Positions 17,036-25,716 of a stretch of DNA of 54,895 nucleotides are shown in pieces. The stretch is taken from assembly GCA_964434395.1 (NCBI GenBank), contig CAYSVD010000006.1:1-54895 (forward strand). The letters are read 5' to 3'. Source of the DNA: an uncultured Pseudohongiella sp. Its GTDB lineage: Bacteria; Pseudomonadota; Gammaproteobacteria; Pseudomonadales; Pseudohongiellaceae. The notes under the pieces are model-generated. The model ran no database searches, was not told the origin of the DNA, and worked only from the letters and a program-made list of their open reading frames with translations. A program made the position numbers and the translations under genes. Every line of letters begins with the position of its first letter. Position 1 is the first letter of the stretch.

Positions 17036-19474
17036 ATGAAGAATCTGCGGACCGCCGCCCTGCTCTTCGCCGCCTGCCTGCCCGCCGCCCCGCCCGGCCG
17101 CGCCGCCGAGGCGCCGCCCTCCGTGGCGGAGGCGACGGCCGGCGCCGAGCATCGCGGGGGGTTCTTCGACTTCTGGCTCCATCCCTCGTCCGGCCGGGTG
17201 CTGCTGGCCATCGACCGCTTCGACGAGGAGTTCCTGTACGCCGGCTCCCTGGCCACCGGGCTGGGCTCCAACGACATTGGCCTGGACCGCGGGCAGCCCG
17301 ACGGCGGCCGGGTGGTCCGCTTCGAGCGCCACGGCGGCAAGGTGCTCCTCAAGCAGCGCAACCTGCGCTACCGGGCCCTGTCGGACAGCGCGCCGGAGCG
17401 GCTGGCGGTCGAGGAGGCCTTCGCCGAATCGGCGCTGTGGGGCTTCCCGGTGGCAGCGGAAAGCGGCGGGCGGGTGCTGGTCGACCTGACGGAGTTCCTG
17501 TTGCGCGACGCGCACGGCGTCGCCGAGACCCTGCGCGCCGCCGGCCAGGGCGGCTACGCGGTGGACCCGGCCCGCTCCGCGGTGTACGCGCCGCGCACCC
17601 GGAATTTCCCGGACAACTCGGAGTTCGAGGCGCAGCTGACCTTCGCCGCCGACGGCCCGGGCGGCGAGCTGGTGCGCTCCGTCAGCCCCGACGCCCGGAG
17701 CGTCACCCTGCGCCTGCACCACTCCTTCGTGCGGCTGCCGGGCCCCGGCTACGCCCCGCGGCGGTTCCATCCGCGCTCCGGATTCTGGGCGCGCAGCCAC
17801 GCGGACTACGCCTCCCCCATCGACCAGGACCTCACGCGGCGCTTCATCGCCCGCCACCGCCTCCACAAGCGCGATCCGGACGCGGCCCGCAGCGAGGCGG
17901 TCGAGCCGATCGTCTACCACCTCGACCCCGGCGCGCCGGAGCCGGTGCGCTCGGCGCTGCTGGACGGGGCCCGCTGGTGGGCGGAGGCCTTCGAGACGAT
18001 CGGCTTCGTCGACGCGTTCCGGGTGGAGATGCTGCCGGAGGGAGCGGACCCGATGGACATCCGCTACAACGTGATCCAGTGGGTGCACCGCTCGACCCGG
18101 GGCTGGTCCTACGGCTCCAGCGTCGTCGACCCGCGCACCGGGGAGATCATCAAGGGCAAGGTCACGCTGGGCTCGCTGCGGGTCCGCCAGGACCACCGCA
18201 TCGCCCAGGCCCTGCTGGGCCTCGCCGGCGAGGGCGCGGACGAGGCGCTCGAGCGGCTGGCCCTGGCCCGCATCCGGCAGCTGTCCGCCCACGAGGTGGG
18301 CCACACCCTGGGCCTCGCCCACAACTTCGCCGCCAGCGTCGACGGCCGGGCCTCGGTGATGGACTACCCCCATCCGCTGCTCGTCCTCGACGAGGATGGC
18401 GCGCCGGCCGCGCCCGAAGCCTACGGCGAGGGGCTGGGGCGGTGGGACCTTCACGCGATCCGCTACGGCTACGGCGAATACGGAAGCGGGGAGGAGGAGC
18501 GCGCCGGCCTGGCCGCCGTCCTGCGCGCCGGCCGGGAGGCGGGGCTGCGCTTCGTCTCGGACCAGGACGGCCGGCCGCCGGGCGCGGCCCACCCGCTGGG
18601 CAACATGTGGGACAACGGGGCCGACCCCGCCGAGGAGCTGCGGCGCCTGCTGTCCGTGCGCGCCGCCGCCATGGCCCGCTTCGGCGCGGACAACCTGCGG
18701 CCCGGCCGGCCCTACGCCGAGCTGGAGGAGCTGCTGGCGCCGCTGTACCTGCTGCACCGCTACCAGGTCGAGGCGGCGCAGAAGACCCTGGGCGGAACCT
18801 GGTACGACTACGCGGTGCGCGGCGATGCGCCGCCGGACGGGCCGGTCGTGCGGCCGGTGTCGGCCGAGCGGCAGTGGCGGGCCTTCGACGCGCTGCTGGA
18901 GACCGTCTCGCCCGAGACCCTGCGGATCCCCGCCCGGGTGCTGGCCCTGATCCCGCCGAAGCCCATCGGCTACGCCCGCGGCCGGGAGAGCCTCCCCTTG
19001 CGCACCGCCCTGGGCGTCGACCCGGTGGCCATCGCGGAGACCGCCGCCGACCACACCCTGCGCGGCATCCTGCAACGCGAGCGGCTGGCGCGGATCAGCG
19101 GCCTGAGCGCCGCGCATCCCGGACTGCCGACGGTCCACGAGATCCTGGACCGGCTGCTGGAGCGGGTCTTTTACCGGATGCCCGCCGATCCCGCGCTGGC
19201 CGCCATCCAGCGCGCGGTGAACCACGCGTTGCTGTTCCGGCTGATGGAGCTGGCGCGCGGCGGGGACGTGGACAACCAGGTCAGGGCCCAGGTCCGGCTG
19301 GCGTTGCTGGGCCTGCGCGGGGAGCTGGAGCGGCGGCTCGCGGGGGAGCTCGACGCGCCGTGGCGGGCGAACTACCGGCTGGCGCGGGACGAGATCGCCC
19401 GCTGGCTCGACGACGGCGCCGCCGACAGCCTGCTCAGCGCGCCGCTGCCGATGCCGCCCGGGGCCCCGATCTGA
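17036..19474 (+). CDS. Secreted zinc-dependent metalloprotease (DUF5117/DUF4953-type)
   Basis: 812 aa starting at the in-frame ATG 17036 (MKNLRTAALLFAAC signal), with HEXXH as SAHEVGHTLGLAHNF. The upstream part of ORF 14177..19474 is off-frame read-through. Confidence 0.9.
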   Translation: MKNLRTAALLFAACLPAAPPGRAAEAPPSVAEATAGAEHRGGFFDFWLHPSSGRVLLAIDRFDEEFLYAGSLATGLGSNDIGLDRGQPDGGRVVRFERHGGKVLLKQRNLRYRALSDSAPERLAVEEAFAESALWGFPVAAESGGRVLVDLTEFLLRDAHGVAETLRAAGQGGYAVDPARSAVYAPRTRNFPDNSEFEAQLTFAADGPGGELVRSVSPDARSVTLRLHHSFVRLPGPGYAPRRFHPRSGFWARSHADYASPIDQDLTRRFIARHRLHKRDPDAARSEAVEPIVYHLDPGAPEPVRSALLDGARWWAEAFETIGFVDAFRVEMLPEGADPMDIRYNVIQWVHRSTRGWSYGSSVVDPRTGEIIKGKVTLGSLRVRQDHRIAQALLGLAGEGADEALERLALARIRQLSAHEVGHTLGLAHNFAASVDGRASVMDYPHPLLVLDEDGAPAAPEAYGEGLGRWDLHAIRYGYGEYGSGEEERAGLAAVLRAGREAGLRFVSDQDGRPPGAAHPLGNMWDNGADPAEELRRLLSVRAAAMARFGADNLRPGRPYAELEELLAPLYLLHRYQVEAAQKTLGGTWYDYAVRGDAPPDGPVVRPVSAERQWRAFDALLETVSPETLRIPARVLALIPPKPIGYARGRESLPLRTALGVDPVAIAETAADHTLRGILQRERLARISGLSAAHPGLPTVHEILDRLLERVFYRMPADPALAAIQRAVNHALLFRLMELARGGDVDNQVRAQVRLALLGLRGELERRLAGELDAPWRANYRLARDEIARWLDDGAADSLLSAPLPMPPGAPI

Positions 19475-19917
19475 TGCCCGCGGCCGGGGCGGCCGCCATC
19501 TACGTCCTGCTGACGGGCGTCGTGGTGGTGGCGCACTACGAGATGCTGCGCCTGCTGTCCGTGCTGATCCCGAAACTCGGGGCGCGGCGCCGGCTGCGCG
19601 TCCTCGTCGGCGTGTTCGGAACCCTCTGCGCCCACATCGGGGAGGTGTGGATCTTCGGCGTCGCCATCCACCTGATGGTCCGCCACGGCGGCTTCGGATC
19701 CTTGGGCGGCAATTTCGACGGCAGCCTGAGCGACAGCGTCTACTTCTCCTTCACCAACTACACCACGGTGGGCTACGGCGACATCGAGCCCTTCGGCGGC
19801 CTCCGCTTCCTGTCGGGGCTGGAGGCGATCGCCGGCCTGTCGCTGATCACCTGGTCCGCCTCCTTCCTGTTCATGGAGATGACGCGCTTTTGGGAGGACG
19901 GCCGGGAGCGGCCCTGA
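19474..19917 (+). CDS. Minimal two-TM potassium channel (TVGYGD selectivity filter)
   Basis: 147 aa with TNYTTVGYGD between two hydrophobic helices. Its ATG overlaps the protease TGA (cTGATGc at 19472-19476). Confidence 0.8.
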   Translation: MPAAGAAAIYVLLTGVVVVAHYEMLRLLSVLIPKLGARRRLRVLVGVFGTLCAHIGEVWIFGVAIHLMVRHGGFGSLGGNFDGSLSDSVYFSFTNYTTVGYGDIEPFGGLRFLSGLEAIAGLSLITWSASFLFMEMTRFWEDGRERP

Positions 19918-19930
19918 GCGCGCGCGCCGC

Positions 19931-20917
19931 TCAGTCGCCGGGCCGCTCCAGCTCCCGCCGCCGCGCGCCGGCCAGGATCCCCTGCAGGCCGTAGTTGCCC
20001 TCGTGGCAGGCGTACTCGTACGGCATGGCGTCGGTCGCGTTGAAGCTCATCTCGCCGCGCCAGGTTTCGGTGTAGTAGACCGGGTCGTCGACCTCGAACT
20101 CGTACAGGATCCGCCGGTCCGCGACGCGGGTGAAGCGCTCCGTCACCCGGCCCCGCGCCGACAGCGGCGCGACGTTGCGGGGCGCCTGCCGCGGGTGCAG
20201 GTTGACGGTCTCGACCACCAGCGTGTCGCCATCCCAGCGCGCCGCCGAGTCCCCCAGCCAGGGCGCGAGCGCCGCCGGGCGATGCCCGCCGCCGATCGGG
20301 ATGATGCGCGCGTCGTGCACCATCTCCACCAGGATCACCAGGTGGTCGTCGGTCTGCACGATCTGGTACAGGTTGTTGTACAGGACGTTGTTCATCGGCG
20401 GTCCGCCGGTGCCGCCGAAGCCGATGATGCAGCGCTCGCCCAGGGAGCGCCCCTCCGGCCCGTCGCTGGCGGCGAGGCGGGCGCGCAGCCCGCGGCGCAA
20501 CGCCTCGCCCCGCTCGGAGAAGGGGATGCGCCCGTCCTCCGGGTGGACGATCCAGGAGGTGCGCGCCTCGCCGCGGACCCGCCCGAAGCGGGAGCCCGGA
20601 TCCACCCAGAACGCGTTGTAGCCGCGCCCCCGGGCCAGGTCCGTGCCGTCCGGCAGCCGTCCCTGCACCTGGTTGTCGTCCGTCGCCTGCCGCACGTTCT
20701 GATGGTGCCCGGCGGTCAGCGCCTCCAGCCGGTCCTCGGGGATGACGAGGCCGATGTCGGCGTAGCCGGGGGCGCGCTGCAGCGTGGTCAGCGCGGCGTT
20801 GGTCCAGTAGCCCTGCAGGTCGGGCCGGCCCGAGGCCGTGCGCGGCGGCTCGTAGTCCCGCGCCCAGGCCGCCGGCGCGAACGCCAGCAACAGCGCGAGT
20901 CCCAGCGTCTTGCCCAT
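19931..20917 (-). CDS. Secreted protein of unknown function (paralog of 25717..26595)
   Basis: Start set at ATG 20917, which has GGGGAGGG upstream. Signal peptide MGKTLGLALLLAFAPAAWA. Shares GxPDLxGxW, WxGDxxVVE and VTERF blocks with 25717..26595. Confidence 0.7.
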   Translation of the reverse strand: MGKTLGLALLLAFAPAAWARDYEPPRTASGRPDLQGYWTNAALTTLQRAPGYADIGLVIPEDRLEALTAGHHQNVRQATDDNQVQGRLPDGTDLARGRGYNAFWVDPGSRFGRVRGEARTSWIVHPEDGRIPFSERGEALRRGLRARLAASDGPEGRSLGERCIIGFGGTGGPPMNNVLYNNLYQIVQTDDHLVILVEMVHDARIIPIGGGHRPAALAPWLGDSAARWDGDTLVVETVNLHPRQAPRNVAPLSARGRVTERFTRVADRRILYEFEVDDPVYYTETWRGEMSFNATDAMPYEYACHEGNYGLQGILAGARRRELERPGD

Positions 20918-21041
20918 GATGCCCTCCCCGCGGCCCGGCATCGGACGGCCGCGGGGCGATGGTCCCCGTTGGCGGCCTTTCCGTCAAGACTGGGCGCCGC
21001 CCGTGTTGGGCGCCGCCCGGCGGTCATCGACCGCGCGGCGG

Positions 21042-21050
21042 TGGTAGAAT
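21042..21050 (+). promoter_or_regulatory. Extended -10-like element TGGTAGAAT upstream of 21094
   Basis: Matches TGnTAnAAT and lies 44 nt upstream of the ATG. It is preceded by two 13-bp direct repeats (20991-21003 and 21007-21019). Confidence 0.35.
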
Positions 21051-21093
21051 GGGCGCGTCCGGATCGGGACGCGGCGCGGGAGATTGCTACACC

Positions 21094-21519
21094 ATGGATT
21101 CCATCAACGTGGTCGACATGACCGAACTCCAGAAGACCGGCATGGACGGGAAGTGCAGCCGGTGCACGCAGTCCATCTGCTGCAACTCCATCAACCAGAA
21201 GATCCCCGCGCCGAGGAGCAAGGAGGATTTCGATTTCCTGATGTGGCAGATCTCCCACGAGAACATCAACGTCTTCAAGGACTCGGACGGCTGGTTCCTG
21301 CACGTCAACACGCGGTGCGTCCATCTGCTGCCGAACGGCGCGTGCGGCATCTACGAGACCCGCCCCTGGGTGTGCCGGGAGTACAAAAACGACTTCTGCG
21401 AGTTCGACGAGAGCATCGAGCAGGGCAGCGAGCTGTTCTTCTCGACGCCGGAGCAGCTGGAGAAATACTGCCGCAAGCGCTTCAAGCACTGGAGCCGCCG
21501 CTTTGAGGTCTACGAGTAG
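21094..21519 (+). CDS. YkgJ/UPF0153-type cysteine-cluster protein
   Basis: 141 aa from ATG 21094. Contains CSRCTQSICC plus a distal C..NGACGIYETRPWVCREY, the pattern of the CxxCxxCC zinc/iron-chelating family. GC is somewhat lower than in the neighbours. Confidence 0.65.
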   Translation: MDSINVVDMTELQKTGMDGKCSRCTQSICCNSINQKIPAPRSKEDFDFLMWQISHENINVFKDSDGWFLHVNTRCVHLLPNGACGIYETRPWVCREYKNDFCEFDESIEQGSELFFSTPEQLEKYCRKRFKHWSRRFEVYE

Positions 21520-22114
21520 CCTGCCGCCGGCGCTGCTCGCCCTCGCCCTGGCGGCCGGCGCCCTGCCGGCGGCCCAGCGGGATCCGGCGGCCGTCGCGGC
21601 GCGCGTCGACGCCGCCCTCGGCCTGCTCGAGGAGCTCGACGGCATGGCCGGGGCCTGCCTGGACGATGCGGGCGGAGCGGCCTGCGCCGGTTTTCTGGCC
21701 GCCCTCGACGGCGCCCTGGTGGGCGGCTACCTGGAGCACTGCGCGGCGCTGCGGGCCTGGCGCGACGGGCTCGCGGACCGGCGGCCGGACGGGGCCGACG
21801 GCGGCCTCCCCGAACTGACGGCGGAGGTGGAGCGCGCCTGCGGCGAGGATGCGGTGTCCGGCCGCGCCCCCCGCGCGGCCGCCGCTTTCGCCGCGCTGGC
21901 CGGGACCGGCGCCGCGGCGGACGCCGCCGCCCTGTCGCGGCGGCTGGACGCGCTGCGGCAGGAGATGCTGATGGAGCGGGAGCGCCGCCGGCTGCTGGAC
22001 GCCGTCGCCGGCCAGCGCGCCGCCCGGCGGGCGGAGGAGCGGCGGCGGTGGGACCGGGTGGAGCGCGAGCTGCTTCGCCGGGGCGCCGAAGCGCCGCCGG
22101 ACCGTCCTCAGTAA
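21503..22114 (+). CDS. Hypothetical secreted Ala/Arg-rich protein
   Basis: 203 aa with a TTG start and GGAG 8 nt upstream, signal-like SLPPALLALALAAGALPAAQ and a coiled-coil-like C-terminus. Overlaps the previous gene by 17 nt. Confidence 0.4.
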   Translation: MRSTSSLPPALLALALAAGALPAAQRDPAAVAARVDAALGLLEELDGMAGACLDDAGGAACAGFLAALDGALVGGYLEHCAALRAWRDGLADRRPDGADGGLPELTAEVERACGEDAVSGRAPRAAAAFAALAGTGAAADAAALSRRLDALRQEMLMERERRRLLDAVAGQRAARRAEERRRWDRVERELLRRGAEAPPDRPQ

Positions 22115-23307
22115 AGCGCCAGGAAGCCGCCGTCGGGCAGGGCCGCGACGGCCGGGAAGCTGAAGTCCCCGATCCGGACCGGCGGCGCCGCGAAGTCCAG
22201 CTCGCCGCCCGCCGCATCGAAAAGGCGCAGCCTCAGGTCGCCGCCGCCGACGAATCCGCCCCCCTCGGCCCACGCGACGAGCCGCTCGCCCCGGTGGTTG
22301 AGCGCGACGGCGGGGTGCTTCTGGCGGCTCCGCCCCGCCGGCGCCACCGCGCTCGCCCCGTCCATGTCGTCGAGGCTCATCAGCACGACCCGGTGCCGCG
22401 TCTCGAACGCCAGCCAGCGCGCGCCGTCCGGGCCCGCGCCGAAGTCGCCGGTGCTGAGCGGACAGGACGAGGCCTCCCAGCGCTGCAGGGGGCCGACCGG
22501 CCGGTACGCGCCGGCGGGGGCGCCGGTTTCCGCCGCGTCCAGCAACTGCATGTGCCGCCCGAGGCCGTCGATGGCCGAGCGGTAGGCCACCGCCAGCCCT
22601 GCGCCGTCGAGGTGCTCCGCCGCCGGCGAGCAGCAGGCGCAGGCGCCCAGCGCCGGATCGCCGATCATGCGCTCCGCGCCGAAGACGGCGCCGCCGTCCC
22701 GGGAAAAGCGGGCGTGGACGGAGCGCTCGCTCTCGCGGGCCGGATCGCCCGCCGTCCACACCAGCGCCACCTCGCCGCCCCGCGCCGCCACGTCCGCCCC
22801 GGCATCGAAGCGCCCGCCGGGGCGCAGCGCCATCGAGCGCTGCGGCTCGAAGCGGGCGCGGTCCGGGTCGGACCGGCTGTAGAGGTACTCGCCGCGGCGG
22901 GGCCGGTACCAGACGACATGCATGCGCCCGTCGCCGCCCGCCGCCATGGCCGCCCGGTCGATCGGGTGCGACGAGGCGGCGAAGGCCTCGCTGGAGACCC
23001 GCACCGGCTCGCCGAAGGCGTCCCGGTCCGGAAAGTAGCGGCGGTAGTACAGGTTCCCCTCGCGGGCGTCGGGACGGCCGGGGCGCCGTTTGAAGTACAG
23101 CAGATGCACGCCGCCCTCGCCGTCGCGCGCCAGCCGCGGCTGCAGGCCGTCGTCGGGCGTGGGCCGGACGCGCACCTCGCCGCGCGCGGCGGCCGCCAGC
23201 GCGCACAGGGCGAGGAGCGCGAGCAACCGCCGGACGGCGGGAAAGGCCGCCCGCCGCCGTGGATAATCCGGGCCGGTTGTAGCAAACTTCGCCGCCATGA
23301 GATCCAT
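22108..23307 (-). CDS. Secreted beta-propeller-like protein (BNR/sialidase-like, tentative)
   Basis: 399 aa with an RRR-containing signal region followed by a hydrophobic stretch. Repeated short strand-like segments with S/D-x-D-G-G. Start is uncertain (ATG 23307 or 23298). Confidence 0.5.
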   Translation of the reverse strand: MDLMAAKFATTGPDYPRRRAAFPAVRRLLALLALCALAAAARGEVRVRPTPDDGLQPRLARDGEGGVHLLYFKRRPGRPDAREGNLYYRRYFPDRDAFGEPVRVSSEAFAASSHPIDRAAMAAGGDGRMHVVWYRPRRGEYLYSRSDPDRARFEPQRSMALRPGGRFDAGADVAARGGEVALVWTAGDPARESERSVHARFSRDGGAVFGAERMIGDPALGACACCSPAAEHLDGAGLAVAYRSAIDGLGRHMQLLDAAETGAPAGAYRPVGPLQRWEASSCPLSTGDFGAGPDGARWLAFETRHRVVLMSLDDMDGASAVAPAGRSRQKHPAVALNHRGERLVAWAEGGGFVGGGDLRLRLFDAAGGELDFAAPPVRIGDFSFPAVAALPDGGFLALY

Positions 23308-23809
23308 GATACCCGCGGGACGCCTCCCGGCGATACTGGCGCTGGCCTTGGCCGGCGGCTGCGCGCCGCCCGCCGCGGACGGGGACGCCGCGGAGGCCTA
23401 CACCATGGCGCTGGACATGCGGCAGCTGATGTTGCTGGTGCTGGAGCCGGCCGCCGAATTCCTGTGGGATTCGGGCGGCTGGGTGCTGGACGCGGCGGAG
23501 GGCTACCAGGAGCTCTACCCCGTCACCGACGAGGGCTGGGAGTCGGTCCGGGCGCGCGCGGCCGTGGTGGCGGAGTCGGGCAACCTGCTGGCCATGCCCG
23601 GGCGGGCGCCGGACGGCGACGCCTGGATCGTCTACGCGCAGGGCCTGAGCGCGGCCGGGCTGCGCGCCATGGAGGCGGCGGCGGCGCGGGACAAGGAAGC
23701 CTTCTTCCAGGCGGGCGCGGACATCTACAGCGTCTGCTCCGCCTGCCACCAGGCCTACAGCCCGGAGATCAACGACCGCTTCCGCGAGGCGGAGGCCGCC
23801 CGGCCCTGA
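23297..23809 (+). CDS. Class II (cytochrome c-prime-like) c-type cytochrome lipoprotein
   Basis: 170 aa with lipobox LAGGC, helical composition and a single CSACH heme motif about 20 residues from the C-terminus, as in class II cytochromes c. The start may be ATG 23306. Confidence 0.65.
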   Translation: MRSMIPAGRLPAILALALAGGCAPPAADGDAAEAYTMALDMRQLMLLVLEPAAEFLWDSGGWVLDAAEGYQELYPVTDEGWESVRARAAVVAESGNLLAMPGRAPDGDAWIVYAQGLSAAGLRAMEAAAARDKEAFFQAGADIYSVCSACHQAYSPEINDRFREAEAARP

Positions 23810-24513
23810 TGCGGCGCCCGCGGCCGGCGGCCCTTCGCACGGCGGCGCTGTGCGCGGCCGCCCTGCTGTGCGCGGCGGCGGCGGCCCACACCATCGAGGG
23901 CGACGACGCCCGCTTCGTCCGGACGGTCGACGGCCCGGCCGTCTTCGCGTTCATGTACCTGGGCGCCAAGCACATGGCGACCGGCTACGACCACCTGCTG
24001 TTCCTGGCGGGGGTGGTGTTCTTCCTCCGCCGGCCGCGGCACGTGGTCGAGTACGTCACCCTGTTCGCCGTCGGCCACAGCGTCACCCTGCTGCTGGGGG
24101 TGCTGGCGGACCTCAGGGTCGACCCCCGCCTGATCGACGCCGTCATCGGCCTGTCCATCGTCTACAAGGCCTTCGAGAACATGGGCGGGTTCCGGCGCAT
24201 GCTCGGCTTCGCGCCCGACCCCCGGTCCGCCGTGTTCGTGTTCGGCCTGTTCCACGGGCTGGGGCTCGCCGCCCGGCTGCAGGCCTTCGAGCTGTCCGGC
24301 CGCGGCCTGGCCGTCAACCTCCTGGGCTTCAACCTCGGCGTGGAGATCGGCCAGCTGCTGGCGCTGTCGGCGGTGCTGGCGGCGCTGGCCCTCTGGCGCG
24401 CCCGCCCGGGGTTTCCGCGCCAGGCCTTCCTCGCCAACGGCGTCCTGATGGCCGGCGGCTTCCTGCTGGCCGGCCGCCAGCTGGGCGCCTGGGCGCTCGC
24501 GCCCCCGTACTGA
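23809..24513 (+). CDS. HupE/UreJ-family membrane protein
   Basis: 234 aa with a signal sequence followed by His (AAAAHT), then GYDHLLFL, FAVGHS, GLFHGLG and GVEIGQ. Its ATG overlaps the upstream TGA (TGATG at 23807-23811). Confidence 0.85.
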   Translation: MRRPRPAALRTAALCAAALLCAAAAAHTIEGDDARFVRTVDGPAVFAFMYLGAKHMATGYDHLLFLAGVVFFLRRPRHVVEYVTLFAVGHSVTLLLGVLADLRVDPRLIDAVIGLSIVYKAFENMGGFRRMLGFAPDPRSAVFVFGLFHGLGLAARLQAFELSGRGLAVNLLGFNLGVEIGQLLALSAVLAALALWRARPGFPRQAFLANGVLMAGGFLLAGRQLGAWALAPPY

Positions 24514-24535
24514 CCCATTCCCCCGGAGCGCAACC

Positions 24536-25102
24536 ATGAACCAGCCCGACCTTCCGCCGCCTTCCGCCCGCCGGATCCTGACCGCCGCCGCCGCCGCCTT
24601 CGGCGCCGCCGCGCTGCTGCTGCTGGCCGCGGTGCTGCCGGCGGAGCACGGCGTGGACCCGCTGGGAACCGGGCGGCTGCTCGGGCTGACCGCCCTGTCG
24701 GCGGAGCCCGGCCCCGTCGCGGCGCGGCCGCAGGCGCACCGCGTCGACCGCGTCGAGTTCGAGCTGGGGCCCTTCCAGTCCGTCGAGTACAAGTACGCCT
24801 TGGACGCCGGCGCCCCCATGGTGTTCAGCTGGACCGCCGACGGCGGGGAGGTGCGCTACGACCTCCACGCCGAGCCGGCCGGACTGGGCGGGGAGTACGC
24901 CGAGAGTTTCGAGCGGGGAACGGCGGCGGCGCGTTCGGGCTCCTTCATCGCGCCGTTCGCCGGCATCCACGGCTGGTTCTGGGAGAACCGCGGCGACCGC
25001 GCCGTGCTGCTGCGGCTTCACAGCGCGGGTTTCTACACGGACTCCACCGTCTTCCGCGACGGCGGCGACTACCGCCGGGTCATCGAGCCCGTGACGCGGT
25101 GA
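24536..25102 (+). CDS. N-terminally membrane-anchored protein of unknown function
   Basis: 188 aa with one N-terminal TM helix followed by a beta-rich domain. Lies 22 nt downstream of the HupE gene. Confidence 0.6.
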   Translation: MNQPDLPPPSARRILTAAAAAFGAAALLLLAAVLPAEHGVDPLGTGRLLGLTALSAEPGPVAARPQAHRVDRVEFELGPFQSVEYKYALDAGAPMVFSWTADGGEVRYDLHAEPAGLGGEYAESFERGTAAARSGSFIAPFAGIHGWFWENRGDRAVLLRLHSAGFYTDSTVFRDGGDYRRVIEPVTR

Positions 25103-25118
25103 GCGCCCCGCGGGGCGC
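25103..25118. terminator. Perfect 16-nt GC palindrome between convergent genes (possible bidirectional terminator)
   Basis: GCGCCCCGCGGGGCGC sits exactly between the stop at 25102 (+) and the stop at 25125 (-). There is no clear U-tract. Confidence 0.3.
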
Positions 25119-25124
25119 CGCGGC

Positions 25125-25613
25125 CTACCTTCTTTCGGTCGGATCCGAGCCGTCGCGCGGCGCGCCGGTGCCGGACGATCCCATGAACAGCTTGCGGCCG
25201 TCCGGGAAGGTGATGTCGCGGCCGTTGGCGCGGCAGGTCTCCCGCATCTCGCCGCCCGAGCGCGCCGGCATGCACAGCCGGTCCTTGCTCTGGTAGCCGG
25301 TCACGACGATCTCGGTGCCGAGCTGCAGCGAGTCGCGGTTGATGCCGCGCCGCAGCAGGGTGTTGGGCGTGCCGCCCTCGACCATCCAAAACCGCTCCGA
25401 GTCGTCCGTGCGGGTCGATTCAGGGTCGGTGTTCTCCAGATGGATCCAGGTGTGGGGGTTGATCCACTCGACGCGGGTGATCGGGCCGCCCAGCCGCACC
25501 GGCAGGTTGGCGTCGAACTCGGCGGAGAACGCGTGGTGCGCCGTCGCGGGCGGCCTGACCACCGCCGCGCCCGCCGCGGCGACCGCCGCCAGCATCAGAA
25601 GTCTTTTCGTCAT
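25125..25613 (-). CDS. DUF6152-like secreted protein
   Basis: 162 aa with a signal peptide followed by HHAFSAEFD and W.NPH, typical of this family. GAGGAG lies upstream of the ATG. Confidence 0.7.
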   Translation of the reverse strand: MTKRLLMLAAVAAAGAAVVRPPATAHHAFSAEFDANLPVRLGGPITRVEWINPHTWIHLENTDPESTRTDDSERFWMVEGGTPNTLLRRGINRDSLQLGTEIVVTGYQSKDRLCMPARSGGEMRETCRANGRDITFPDGRKLFMGSSGTGAPRDGSDPTERR

Positions 25614-25716
25614 GGCTCTCTCCTCATTCGACTGGCCGCCGCTCGCGGCCGTTCCGACCCGCCGGATTGTAGCGGCCGGCCGGCGGAATGCAACACGCGC
25701 CGCCGCCGCCGCCGGC

